From an uncultured Chloroflexia bacterium (lineage in GTDB: Bacteria > Chloroflexota > Anaerolineae > Anaerolineales > UBA4823), in the NCBI GenBank assembly GCA_963828845.1, contig CAWHGE010000007.1, forward strand, positions 26,021-90,020: DNA of 64,000 nucleotides. Reading direction: 5' to 3'. The position numbers and the translations under genes were made by a program. How positions within the stretch are numbered: position 1 is the stretch's first letter; each line of letters begins with the position of its first letter. Below, one piece after another: positions 49,513-60,738 of the stretch. The notes beneath the pieces are model-generated. The model was not told the origin of the DNA and made no database searches. It was given only the letters and a program-made list of their open reading frames with translations.

Positions 49513-50859
49513 ATGAAAGCTGAGCAAGCATGGCAGGCAGCATTAGGCCAGTTACAAATGGATATGCCTAAAGCTTCTTTTGATACCTGGGTGCGAAATG
49601 CAGAAATTGTTAGCTATGAGGACAATGTTTTTATTATTGGTGTGCCCAATGCTTATGCACGTGATTGGTTAGAAAGCCGGTTAACCAGTAAAATCAAACG
49701 CTTATTATGCGGAATTATGAACCGGACAGTGAGCCTGCGCTTTATTGTTTGGCAGGCCGGAGCTGAACAACCTGTCGTGGAGGTGGCGCTTCAGGAAATG
49801 GAGGCTGAGATGCCTCCATCCCAGACTAAACCCTCAGCAGTCATCAATCGCTATACATTTGAAAACTTCGTAGTTGGATCATCCAATCGACTGGCTCATG
49901 CAGCCTCTTTAGCGGTAGCGGAACGGCCTGCCCAGGCATATAACCCCTTGTTTCTTTATGGTGGTGTTGGATTGGGGAAAACCCACCTCTTACATGCTAT
50001 AGGCAATCATTGTTTAAATCACAAGCAGAGTGTGCTGTACGTTACCTCCGAAGAATTCACCAATGATCTGATAAATGCCATACGTGCTCATACCACCCAA
50101 ACCTTTCGAGAAAAATATCGTCGCATTGATGTCTTATTGATCGACGATATTCAGTTTATTGTCGGCAAGGAGTCCACTCAGGAAGAGTTTTTTCACACAT
50201 TTAACGCACTGCATGGCCAGGAGAAACAAATCGTCATCACCTCCGATCGCCCCCCCAAAGCATTAGTGACATTGGAAGAACGCTTACGATCTCGATTTGA
50301 ATGTGGGTTGGCTGCAGATATTCAGCCTCCTGATTTCGAAACGCGGGTGGCGATTCTAAGGTCAAAATCAGAGCGTATGGGTCGTATCATCCCCAAGAAA
50401 TTGTAGAAACCATCGCACGACGGGTACAATCTAATATCCGCGAGCTAGAAGGTAGCCTGACACGGGTGCTTGCCTTTAGCTGATTTAAGCAATCTGCCAC
50501 TAAACGCAAAGTTGGTTGATGTTGCCCTGGCTGATTTGTTACCCAAACCAAACACAATTGAACCCGCGGAAGTGATGAGCCAGGTGGCAGGAGCCTTTGG
50601 TGTGACTGTTCAGAACCTGATTGGACCCGACCGGAGGCAAGAAGTGGTCCTGCCAAGACAAATTGCCATGTACTTGCTGCGCGAGGAAGCCAATTGTTCA
50701 CTCCCAAAGATTGGTGAAGCGATGGGCGGACGCGATCATACTACTGTGATGTATGCCTGTCAGAAAGTAACGGATATGCTTGAACGTGATGACAAGTTAC
50801 GACGTCAGGTGATCAAAATTCGAGAACAAATTTACGGACAGTCGAAAATGTCAATTTAG
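49513..50859 (+). pseudogene. dnaA: chromosomal replication initiator DnaA, two frame breaks
   Basis: ATG 49513 after GAGGAGG. AAA+ motifs [14 protein letters not shown] and LLIDDIQF. Next come [27 protein letters not shown] (second frame) and the DNA-binding domain IAMYLLRE...IGEAMGGRDHTTVMYA (third frame). The breaks are near 50385 and 50478. Confidence 0.95.
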
Positions 50860-50876
50860 GTGTGTGGATTGATTAT

Positions 50877-52159
50877 TTATCCCCTTATAAAGCAGCGTGG
50901 ATGGATTACCTTCCCTACCCACGCTGTTTTTATTCTTATCGTCTTGTTTCCTTTTCTGGAGTTCCACCAAACGCTGATATTCTTGAGCATCCTGCTAAAC
51001 CAGGGAAAACCCATTGGTTCGAACTCTTCCTTCATATCAGCCCAAGGATCACGATCGAACATTTTTCGGACGGTATAACGTCCGACGAGACTTCCACTTG
51101 CTAATACCGGCGCGGCTAAAACCAAACCAATCAGGCCAATCAGATTGGCGGCGATGATCGCCACCACGAGCACCGCTGCCGGATGAACTCCTAAGCGTTT
51201 TCCCATGATGCGCGGTGATACCAGGTTATCGTATATTTGGTCCATGAGAATTGACAAGTACGATGGTGAGTATTGTGTAATACATTGGTACCAAGTTGAA
51301 GTAATTACCCCCCTGGAATAATGTCACCAGTCCCATAACAATGTAGGTAATTAATGGACCAACGTAAGGAACAAAGCGAGCCAATCCAGCCAGGATGGCG
51401 ATGGCAAAAGCATATCGGACACCCAGGATGGATAGAAGAATCGTATAACTTAAGATGACCAATATCACAATCGTGAGCTGCCCCCTTAGAAAGGCGTTCC
51501 AGATGCGACCGAGAGCAGTGCTCATCTTCTGAATATCATATGAATATCCTGGAATGTTAATATAATCGAGAGCGCTAGGTACTTTACCGGCATCTGCCAA
51601 AACAAAGTATGAGATGACCAAGACGAAGAAGCCCCAACCAACGGTGCTGGCAGTCGCGTTGCCAAAGTCCCGGCTAGAGTTCCAGCTCTTCCGATTAGTG
51701 ATTGTAATGCGGTGATCACCTGGTTACCGACTTGACCCAGGTCTGTGAATTGGCTGAGATCGATCCTGTAAGGACCGATGATGATAATCTGACCGGATAA
51801 TTTGTCAATCAGATTTGGTAGGTCATTTGCTACGAAACGCTCAATGATCATTGATCAGACTTTGTATCTGTTGTACAGCAGCAAGACCAGTCAGGGTGGA
51901 TGAAGTGATCAGGATGAATTAGCAAAATAATATAGATGATATTAACCGAGGCGCGCCACGAAAGTTTGCTGTGGGTGTTCAAGAATGCAGCCAGCGGGTG
52001 AAGCAGGTAAATGAGGATAAATGCCAGAATCAATGGTCCGATGATCGACCGGAAATAAATTAACATTGCCAGGATTAAGCCGGCAATTGTGAGTCCAACG
52101 ACCATCTTAAAGGTGGAGCTCCATTTTGGTGAGCTTGGATTAGGTTTTTCCACACTCAT
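50877..52159 (-). pseudogene. AI-2E family (PerM-like) transporter, three frame breaks
   Basis: Four ORF pieces (51848-52243, 51522-51851, 51226-51621, 50877-51257) are colinear for one ~420-aa multi-TM permease. The likely start is MSVEKPNPSS at 52159. Confidence 0.75.
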
Positions 52160-53311
52160 GGCTCTTTCTCTCTTTTTTGTGTACGTTGCCACCAGTAAGT
52201 TTTTGGTGGTGGAAGTGGCTGGACAGCACTGACTGGTGTCCATTCTATGTCAAATAGGTTAGCAAATATATAACGCCCAATGACCCGCATAGATGCGATC
52301 GTAGGTGCTGCCAATGGTATTCCCAACACTCCCGCCAAGATGGCGCCAGAAACAATCCCCAAGATGACTACCAAAGGGGGGAGGTGGACTCTGCGACCAA
52401 CGATGCGAGGGATCAAATAATTTAAATCAAACTGCTCAAAGAACAGGTGTAGCCCGATGACGATTAACATGAACGCCCAATGGGGTAGAGGAATCCAGGT
52501 TGAACCCAGGAAAAATGCTAATAATGAGGCGGTAACCAGCCAGATACCATGCCCGACGCTGGGAAGGAACTCCAGGATTCCCGCCAGGATACCCATTGCT
52601 AAGGCAAAGGGTAATCCCAGGATCAAGCCAGCGATGATAAAAATAATTGTAACGAGGGTACTCAAAAGGAGCTGGCCGCGGAAAAATGCCGCCCAGATTT
52701 GATTGATCTCATCCCGGATCCATTGGTAGTCTGATAACAGTCGCTGTGGTAAATGGGAAGTGAACCATTCTTCCAGCTTTGACCCATCCTTGATCAGATA
52801 AAAAGAGACGAGGATAATCAAGATGATCCAAATGATGGATGTAATAATACTCTTAACCAGATTTACCGTCTGGCCAACGACGGGTTGTATCAGCCCCTGC
52901 AATGCACTAATCACCTGACCTGCCAGCGCACTGGGATGGATGGTAAATCCGGCGATAGTATATTGTTGTGCTAAGGCACTCTCAATAGAATTGATGATTT
53001 GCTGAGGGTTATACTGTAACAATTCAAGGTTCTCACCCATTCTGGGTATGATCAAGATAGGAATTCCGATGATGATCGCCATCACAATAATATAAGTAAC
53101 TAGGATTGACAAAATCCTGGGTAGATGAAATCGACTTTGGAGGAAATTTACTATCGGAGTGAGAATATAAGCGATGATAATAGCAATAATTAAGGGGGGG
53201 ATAATCTCGTCGGAATCGCGATAAGAGATAAATGAAAAAGGCCAGCAAAAGCAGGCTAATGGTCAGTTTGGTTGCATATGGCCAATGTGGTCTTTCCACT
53301 TCCCCACCCAT
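52156..53311 (-). pseudogene. AI-2E family transporter paralogue, one frame break
   Basis: 318-aa ORF plus N-terminal piece 53033-53311. The break near 53210 restores ..RFRRIIPPLIIAIIIAYILTPIV. It contains the conserved PRIVGRRVHLPPL segment. Confidence 0.75.
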
Positions 53312-53350
53312 TAAGCATCATCCAGGGCATTTACTCAGTGGCTAAATTCG

Positions 53351-53551
53351 TTAATGCAAGAAAAATGACAGCACCACTAGGATAACAATAAATGAACCTG
53401 CCAGTATTCCCACCCGACGGATATCCCTGATCACAAAATGATAATCAGGATTGAACCCTGTTGGGCGGTTACCTGCTACTGCATCAGTCAACGATTTTTC
53501 TGTACCAGGATTCACGTCCCGGCGAATCTGACGTTTTGATTTTTTTGCCAT
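53351..53551 (-). CDS. small single-TM protein, hypothetical
   Basis: 66 aa: a basic N-terminus (MAKKSKRQIRRD) and a C-terminal TM helix. Confidence 0.45.
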   Translation of the reverse strand: MAKKSKRQIRRDVNPGTEKSLTDAVAGNRPTGFNPDYHFVIRDIRRVGILAGSFIVILVVLSFFLH

Positions 53552-53635
53552 TGCTGTACTCCACGAATTTCTTATTGTGACGATGTGTGATTTTTATCAA
53601 TCACCCGGTATTTATGTGCCCCATATTATATATCT

Positions 53636-54500
53636 TATTTGTTGCCACTCTGTAAACTGGCTTGAACAACAATCCGCTGGTTATCCACCATATATGGGTA
53701 ACAAGAAATCAATGTGACCGTGGGATTGGGTGTAGATGCCATTACCTCTACATTTGTTGGCTTGACGATTTGGATGTTGGTGATAATGTAGGTAAAGGAA
53801 TGTTGGGGGGTGAATAAGACGATATTTGATCGCCGCGTTCCAATTGGTCAAGATAGCGGAAGATTTCTCCGTATACGTCATTATGAGCAGACAAGACCAT
53901 ATTCCCAGATTGACCCGGATTGGCAGAACCAACGTGTTGTGCTACTCCTTTTTTCAGTTGTTCCCATCCATCCCCTTGAACAATTGGCGCATCGACTTCA
54001 ATACTTGGAATTTGGATTTGAATGGCCTGTTCAGGACCAGGTGTGGGGATGGGAATTACTGCCATTGATTGGTAGAGTGGGAGTAGATGCTCGGGAATTT
54101 CAGCTTCATTGGGTTGAGCACCACCTGGAGAGTTAGGTGGAGTGTGCCCAGACGGCAATATCACTGGCACGATGAGCGGGGTGGGAGTGAGTGTGGATGG
54201 AATTAATGATTCAGCAAATTGAGTGTTTAAATCGCGTAGAATCTGTATGCCACTATAAATGACGAAGACCAGTCCAATTACAGCCAGGACCTCAATGGCT
54301 AGTAAAAAGCGATCCAATGTCTGCTTGGCACGTGACCGCCAAGGAACCTGGTTGCCATCAAGATCTGCCTCAGCTTGAGAGTTTGAGTGAAGGTGATCGA
54401 GAGGGGGAGTTTCGAGCTCGGGTGCCAGGGTGACCACCCTGCCAGTGTTGCGGAATCGTTCAAGATGTTCCATGCGAACTTTCCGCCTCTTTTCCACCAA
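53636..54500 (-). pseudogene. sortase-family transpeptidase, one frame break
   Basis: TM anchor, catalytic His region GNMVLSAHND, then (shift near 53810) FTPQHSFTYIITNIQIV...TVTLISCYPY carrying the TLxTC-type Cys. The stop is at 53636. Confidence 0.75.
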
Positions 54501-54572
54501 AAGCTCTCGAAGCTCATCGATGGATAAATCATCGGGCTATTTTACCTTGCGCACGAGACGATTATACTCCGA

Positions 54573-55877
54573 TTATTCTATTGAATTTTCGATGGCCGGT
54601 TCACCTGCTGGAGATGGTTGTAGTTTATCTTTTCGATGATCCTGCCGGGCGAAGAGAATAAAACCAATCAGACGTATTCCAGCACTAAACAAAAGGGCAT
54701 TGCTTAATCCGATATGTTCAGAGAGATAGGTACCCACTAATGGTGCCAGGATTGAGGAAAGATATTGAATACTCTGTGCGAGTGAAACGAATGTCGGACT
54801 ATAACGTGGCGGGATGGTTTTCATCAACTCATCGAAGAAGACCAGGTCGATCCCTGCCTGGAAAATCCCTGCAACTGTGGAATAGATAAAGATTGTGGTT
54901 TGGTTGTGCGTTAATGCCACCAAACCAGGATAAAGAGAAACGCAAAAAGTGGTGATCAGCAATACAAAACGAGATCCTTTACGGCGAGACTGGCGCGACC
55001 ATAAGAAATAACCAACTACCAGGACGGTGGTTTGGGCGGTATATAATAGACCAATCCAAGCATCTGAAGCATTCAATTGGCGCACAAAATACAGGGGGAA
55101 TAATGGTGTCCCCAGGGTGATTCCAAAAAGATAAACAAAGCGTTTGAGGGTAAATGATACAAAATCAGGTGACGAGTTGATCAGTTGGGAGTATTCACGC
55201 AGGGTGGATTTTATCGAACCCTTGGAGTTGCCTTGAACTGGTTCGGCATCCGGAATTTGAATCCGGCTGGAAAAATAATAGCTTATCAAGCCACCCATGG
55301 AGAGTCCTAAAAACACAAGCTGGTAATTGAGATGGAAACCGATCCGATCTAATACCTGCCCCGCAATGGCAACCGTGATGGCTGTGGTTATCCCCAGGAT
55401 CGACCAACGACGGCTCATCAGCTCATAACGACCTTCGGGCCCGGAAACTGCGTTCATGACCACCGAAAAACCAACTGCGACCATCGTCTGCGGTAGAGTG
55501 GCAGCCGCCCAGATGATCAGCACGACTGGAATGATGATATTATCTGGTACAAAGAAGGGGGCTAAACCTGTTAGGGCATAGGCTGAGATGACCATCAGCC
55601 GGGATAGGCTGAACCATGGAACGATATTGCGTTGCCTTTGTAGAAATCGTCCAACCCATAATGCCAGGAATAATCCGGTAATGCCAGGCATTGAGGTCAA
55701 TAGACCGACCTGAACCGGAGAAGCACCAAGGCGTGTGAGAAACACCGGAAGAAATGGAGCCGCAGCACTGGCGGTGCCTACACCGATGGCATCGATTTGA
55801 ACATAACGTTTGTTGCGTTCCTGAGTATCAATCAGCTCATTTTTTTCTATAGCAGAAGGTTGAAGAGCTGTGCTCAT
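54573..55877 (-). CDS. MFS transporter
   Basis: 434 aa, about 12 TM helices. The start ATG overlaps the upstream GT4 stop (ATGA). Confidence 0.75.
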   Translation of the reverse strand: MSTALQPSAIEKNELIDTQERNKRYVQIDAIGVGTASAAAPFLPVFLTRLGASPVQVGLLTSMPGITGLFLALWVGRFLQRQRNIVPWFSLSRLMVISAYALTGLAPFFVPDNIIIPVVLIIWAAATLPQTMVAVGFSVVMNAVSGPEGRYELMSRRWSILGITTAITVAIAGQVLDRIGFHLNYQLVFLGLSMGGLISYYFSSRIQIPDAEPVQGNSKGSIKSTLREYSQLINSSPDFVSFTLKRFVYLFGITLGTPLFPLYFVRQLNASDAWIGLLYTAQTTVLVVGYFLWSRQSRRKGSRFVLLITTFCVSLYPGLVALTHNQTTIFIYSTVAGIFQAGIDLVFFDELMKTIPPRYSPTFVSLAQSIQYLSSILAPLVGTYLSEHIGLSNALLFSAGIRLIGFILFARQDHRKDKLQPSPAGEPAIENSIE

Positions 55878-57093
55878 GCTACCATTCCAAGCATAATTTC
55901 CATTAATTTCGATGCCAGGATGACCCGGTCAAAATGGGTCTCCACGTAAATCCGTGCCTGTTCGACCCATGCGATGTGCTAATTCTGGGTCATCCGCAAG
56001 GCGTAGGATGGCTTTGGATAGCTCATCCGGATCACCTGGAGGTACGGCTATCCCCGCACCAGCATTTTCAATCACTTGACGGATGACCCCATCGATTGCC
56101 AGTACAACTGGTTTTTCGGATGGCCATGTAATCGAAAACTTTATTAGGATAGGTGGTTTTGTACATCTCCACAGGTTTGAGGATAGCGATGCAGGCATCA
56201 GCGGCTGCAAGCGCATATGGCATCTCAACTTTGGGGATTGGGGGCAGGAAAAGGATATTCTCCAGGCATTCCCGGGTGGCTTGTGCCTGTAAGGCAGGTT
56301 TATCCTTCCCATCACCGAGCAGGACGATGGAGATATCCTTTCGGGGTAGCAGCACTTTGGCTGCCTCAAGCACTATGCCAAGGTCATTGGACATACCATG
56401 AGCACCTGCATACAACACGACAAATTTAGCATCCAAGACCATGTGATTGGCGAAAGAATGTGCCATCCAGCTTCGGGATTGAACATGGTGGTATCGGTGC
56501 CATTGGGCACCAGCTCCACGTGAGGTGCACCACGACTTTGTACATGCTGGATGAACCCGGGTGAATTGACCACGACCAGATCGGCGTCGATGGTATAAGA
56601 AGCGCTCAAGCCATTCGGACAGCCTGATTAATAGGGGATTTCTCAGCACCCCAACGGCAATCGCAAAGGCTGGCCACAGGTCCCGCACTTCAAAGAGAAA
56701 CGGAACGCGTTTCAAGCGTGCCAGAGCCCAGGCAGTCAATCCCTGGAAAATGGGGGGCGATGTGCCCCATACCAAATCGACGTTCTTGACTCCCAGGCCA
56801 ATAAGAAATGATGAAACCATGAAGCTGAAGAAGCTAACCATGCGGAAAGCAAAGCTGCGGTGTAAGGCTGGATAGGTATACGCACGCAGGATGGTAATGA
56901 GATCACCATCGACTTGTTTTTCAGACCAGGGTACTTTTATCGATCGGGATTTCCCGGTAAGATAGCTGATTGGGCTGGCAATGATCGTTACCTGATGACC
57001 TTGGGCGGCAAGATAGCGAGCGAGCTCATGGTGACGGGTCCCACCTGGTTCATCTAAGGCTGTGAAAGCCTGGTGGATCAGTAAGATATGCAA
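55874..57093 (-). pseudogene. GT4-family glycosyltransferase, at least 4 frame breaks
   Basis: MHILLIHQAFTALDEPGGTRHHELARYL (GT-B N-domain). The remaining segments lie in alternating frames: IDADLVVVNSPGF..VELVPNGTD, FVVLYAGAHG, KPVVLAIDGVIRQVIENAGAG and ARIYVETHFDRVILASKL. Confidence 0.8.
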
Positions 57094-57142
57094 GGATTAA
57101 TTCTTTCTATATCAATCGGAGATTGGATCGACGACTTTATTC

Positions 57143-57609
57143 CTAGACTGGCTCATCGGGGGGAGGATCGGTTACGATCAATGGTATGTTCAGGCCAACC
57201 GTGCGGTGAGACTTCCAAACATATTCCGCCATTAATTTTGGAAGCACTTGTCTGGCTCAATATTTCGCCCATTGGCAACCAGACTGGGAGATAAGTCCCT
57301 TTTTCAGAGTCTGGTAGGCTGCTCATCTCTGCACCAGTGCCTATGACCGAACTTGCCCCGCGATCGCTGTCAGCCAGAAAATAGTATTGGGGTGAACCCA
57401 GATACCAGATTTCAGCGACCATGCGGTCCAATTCTTACATCCAATCCAAGCTCCTCCTTTGATTTCACGTTTTGCTGCTAAATGCTGGGGATTCACCAGC
57501 TTCAATTTTACCACCCGGAAAGACGAAATAGTGCTTACCCTGAACGATTACGTTCAATCAGGGCAATTCTATCATCCTGGATAAGGATAACTGCTGCTCT
57601 AGCTTTCAC
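57143..57609 (-). pseudogene. NUDIX hydrolase, at least 4 frame breaks
   Basis: The Nudix box can only be read by hopping frames: GGKIEAGESP / QHLAAKREIK / EELGLDV. The GTG 57609 start overlaps the heparinase-like stop. The C-terminus ends at 57143. Confidence 0.6.
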
Positions 57610-59660
57610 TGGGAAGGATCCACTCACTCTTCAGTTCAATTGGCAAAGATTGAGAAACCTCCAGAATGCATGCCAAAGCAGGGATTTTATCCCCATATGT
57701 GGGAGATGTCCAGCCGATAATTGGGGGTATTGCTCCAGTGCCAAAGAGCAGTGTTCCTGCGCGAGCAAGCTGAAAGTTTATGATCGGGACCGGAGTCAAA
57801 TTTTCATGTGGAACGGACAAACCAAGTTTAAGTGAGATCCATCCAGAAGGTGAATGAATTCGAATTTCAGACCAGGGGAAATTAGGTTTTTCGGGTGTCT
57901 TTACAATTTCATATTCCCAATCCGGTAACAACCAGTGCAAGCGGGCAGAATGGTCGGGACCTGGTAGGCCATCCAGATGGTCGATTACCTCCCAATGACC
58001 ATCGGCATAGGTCGTGACTTTTCGCGAGTGAAACACCCCGATTTTCCTGTAACCATCGTGTTGGGCAGTAATGCTTTCGTAGCTGCCATCAGGGGCGGTT
58101 TGAGTTGCGGTCACTTTGGCTTGAGCCCAATCCAGGTACAAGAAACGGCCCGATCGAAGCATGATATCCTGGTCATCCACAACCACCGTATTATGGACGG
58201 ACGCGCTGGTGAGGGAATTTTCCCAAGGGGGGGGTGCGTTATAAAGATAAGTTCCAGGGTCCTGAGCGAGGTTTAACCCATGCCACCATAGATCCACATG
58301 GAGCTGGTCTGCATGAGCAGGGCGGGAGTCAAATGTTGCCACGTGTATAGTCGCCCAGGAACCATTTCCGTGATTTTGGACAATATGAGGAGATTGAGTG
58401 GTCAAATCTTTTGGGTGTGGTGTTTTACGCCAGAAATTTAATCCATCTTCCGTCTGCATTGGATCATGGGGAGCGCACAACCAATAACCCATATCACTCC
58501 ATGAACCTTCAGGCAATAGTTTTGAGTTAAGGAAAGTTTGAGCAGCAGCATGGATAACAGGGCGATAGTCGTGATATGGGCAAACGGTTAGTGGGAGGAT
58601 ATAAGCTCCATCGTTATGCCCAAGATTGGGGACACGCCCTGTTTCCGTGTCGACCAACTTCCACAGCCAGCGGGTAGCAGCTTCCAGGTGGACGGTAATC
58701 TCCTGGACGATTAGCTCGTTCTTGTATGCGTGGTCATGCACCGCGAATGCCCACAATGCAGCCTGAAGCACTAGGCGGTGGTAATTTGTGCTATGCTGAG
58801 TATAGGTGCCTTCCGCTGTGATTTGAGTCCGGAAGGCATATTGCAGCCAGTCCCAACCCAGCTTGTGCCATTTGGGTGCCAACGGGTGCTCAGGTAGCAG
58901 CGCTGAGGCAGTATAGAGACCGAGAGCTTCGGTGATCAGGTGATTATTATTCTGTGAGCGGGCATAAACCATAGTGGGTGGAATACGCTCCGCATGGTTT
59001 GAAATGGCTTTGGCTAATAATTCAAGCCGTTCTGGGGTAGTCTGAGTGGATTGGACGAAAACCTGATGTGCGAAGGCGAGAGCGACAAGACGGAGGGCAA
59101 CCTCTTGCGCGGAGGACCAATGAGTTCCAATGTATGGCGGGTTGGAGGATAAAAAACTCTCCGTGTATCGCCAGAAAGCTTCAGTATAGTGCTCATTTTT
59201 TGATAGATGGTAAGCCATGGCAAGTTTGCAAGCCCAACCAAACCTGGCGGGTTCCCAGATGGACTTAACATCCTGGTCACCGCCTCGGTGATTCCCCCGT
59301 TCATAATTCGTCCAATCTTTGAGCGGTTCAGGCTGGGTCAGCACTAACGGCTACTGGATGACCCCCGAATAAGCGTACTTTCCCACTGACAATCTCATCG
59401 GCTTGTTCGTAGACCTGCCCAATTTGATCCCCAAGCAACTCGAGCATGTTATCCCTGTCTGGTAAGCAGGGGAGACAGGGGTGGAGCTTAAGGTATGGCT
59501 GGTGATTTAGGGAATTTAGCCTGGATAAGGAAGCGCTGAGCTGCCGCTGATAATGCCCTGTTCGCATTCCAAGCTGGTACAATGCGTAGAGACCTACCTG
59601 ACCGGGACCTAGCTCGCGTAATGCCTTTACGACCAGTGATAAACGGGAAGTAAGTTTCAT
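57599..59660 (-). pseudogene. heparinase II/III-like (alginate-lyase fold) protein, one frame break near the N-terminus
   Basis: NNNHLITEALGLY and RPAHADQLHVDLWWHG..DPGT resemble the two Hepar_II_III hallmark regions. The 110-aa N-terminal ORF (59328-59660) joins near 59330-59345. Confidence 0.7.
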
Positions 59661-59683
59661 CGGGTAAACATCACCGGTCAGAT

Positions 59684-60731
59684 CTAATTGTGGGGTAACA
59701 CAAGTGAAACAGGTTGCCTGCTCCGGATGGCATCCACTGCTGCGAAAGTAGCTTCAGTGACACCAAATAATTGTTCATATGGTATGGGAGGCGGACCCCC
59801 AGCTGATCATCGCCTGTGAGAATGCCTCCCATTCTGCTCGATGACCTTTATCCTGCCGCAGGCGTGAATGGATCACTTGCCGTTTCCCTTCAGAAACCAG
59901 CTCGAGGGTGCGGAAGTCATCCAATACAGCCACCCTACCCCCCACAAAGACTTCAATGCGTTCTTTTGGAAAGGTTTTATCTCCATTTGCCAGGTAGATC
60001 ACGGATCCCAATGAGCCATCTGGGAATGTGAATGTAATAACAACATTATCTTCCCGGTATCGGCTATCATCCGGAAGGGATTGGGCAGTAACTGAGATGG
60101 GGGTAGCCCCTACCAGGAAGGTCAGAAAATCCACAAAATGGCAGCCTTCACCGATAATTCGCCCGCCTCCCTGAACAGGGTCTTGCATCCAATGGGTGAG
60201 GGGGATGCTCCCAGCATTAATGCGATAGGTTGCTACCAGAGGTTCCTGATGCATTTTGATAAATTCATAAAGCCGGCGTGCCAGGGGTGCAAACCGGCGG
60301 TTGAAACCGACCATGAGCAGGGGTGAATATTCAGTGTTGAGTAATTGCTGTTTAATCTGGGCTAATTGCTCGGGTGTGGTCGCTAAAGGTTTTTCGCAAA
60401 ACACATGCTTGCCGGCCTGCAAGGCTCGCATTACCTGTTCAGCGTGCAGGTGATGACGGGTGAGTATGCAGATTGTATTCACTTGTGGATCCTGGAGGAT
60501 TTCATTTTCATTGGCAGCGGTGTATTTAAAGCCAAACTTTTTTGATGCCAACTCAGCATGGAAACCCGAGCCCGATGTGATTGAAACCAGCTCAATCGAG
60601 GGTATTTTCTTTAAGGCTGGTAGCATGACAGCGTTGGCGAAGTTACCGGCACCGAGCACGCCCAAACGAACGGCATTTACGCCGCTTATCGGTAAGGTTG
60701 ACTTTTTAACCGGCTGATTGACTATCTGCAC
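59684..60731 (-). pseudogene. Gfo/Idh/MocA-family oxidoreductase, one frame break near the C-terminus
   Basis: Rossmann LGVLGAGNFA, EKPLA motif. After the CTGGGGG run near 59790 the frame shifts to GPPPIPYEQLFGVTEATFAAVDAI... and stops at 59684. Confidence 0.8.
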
Positions 60732-60738
60732 TTTGGCC

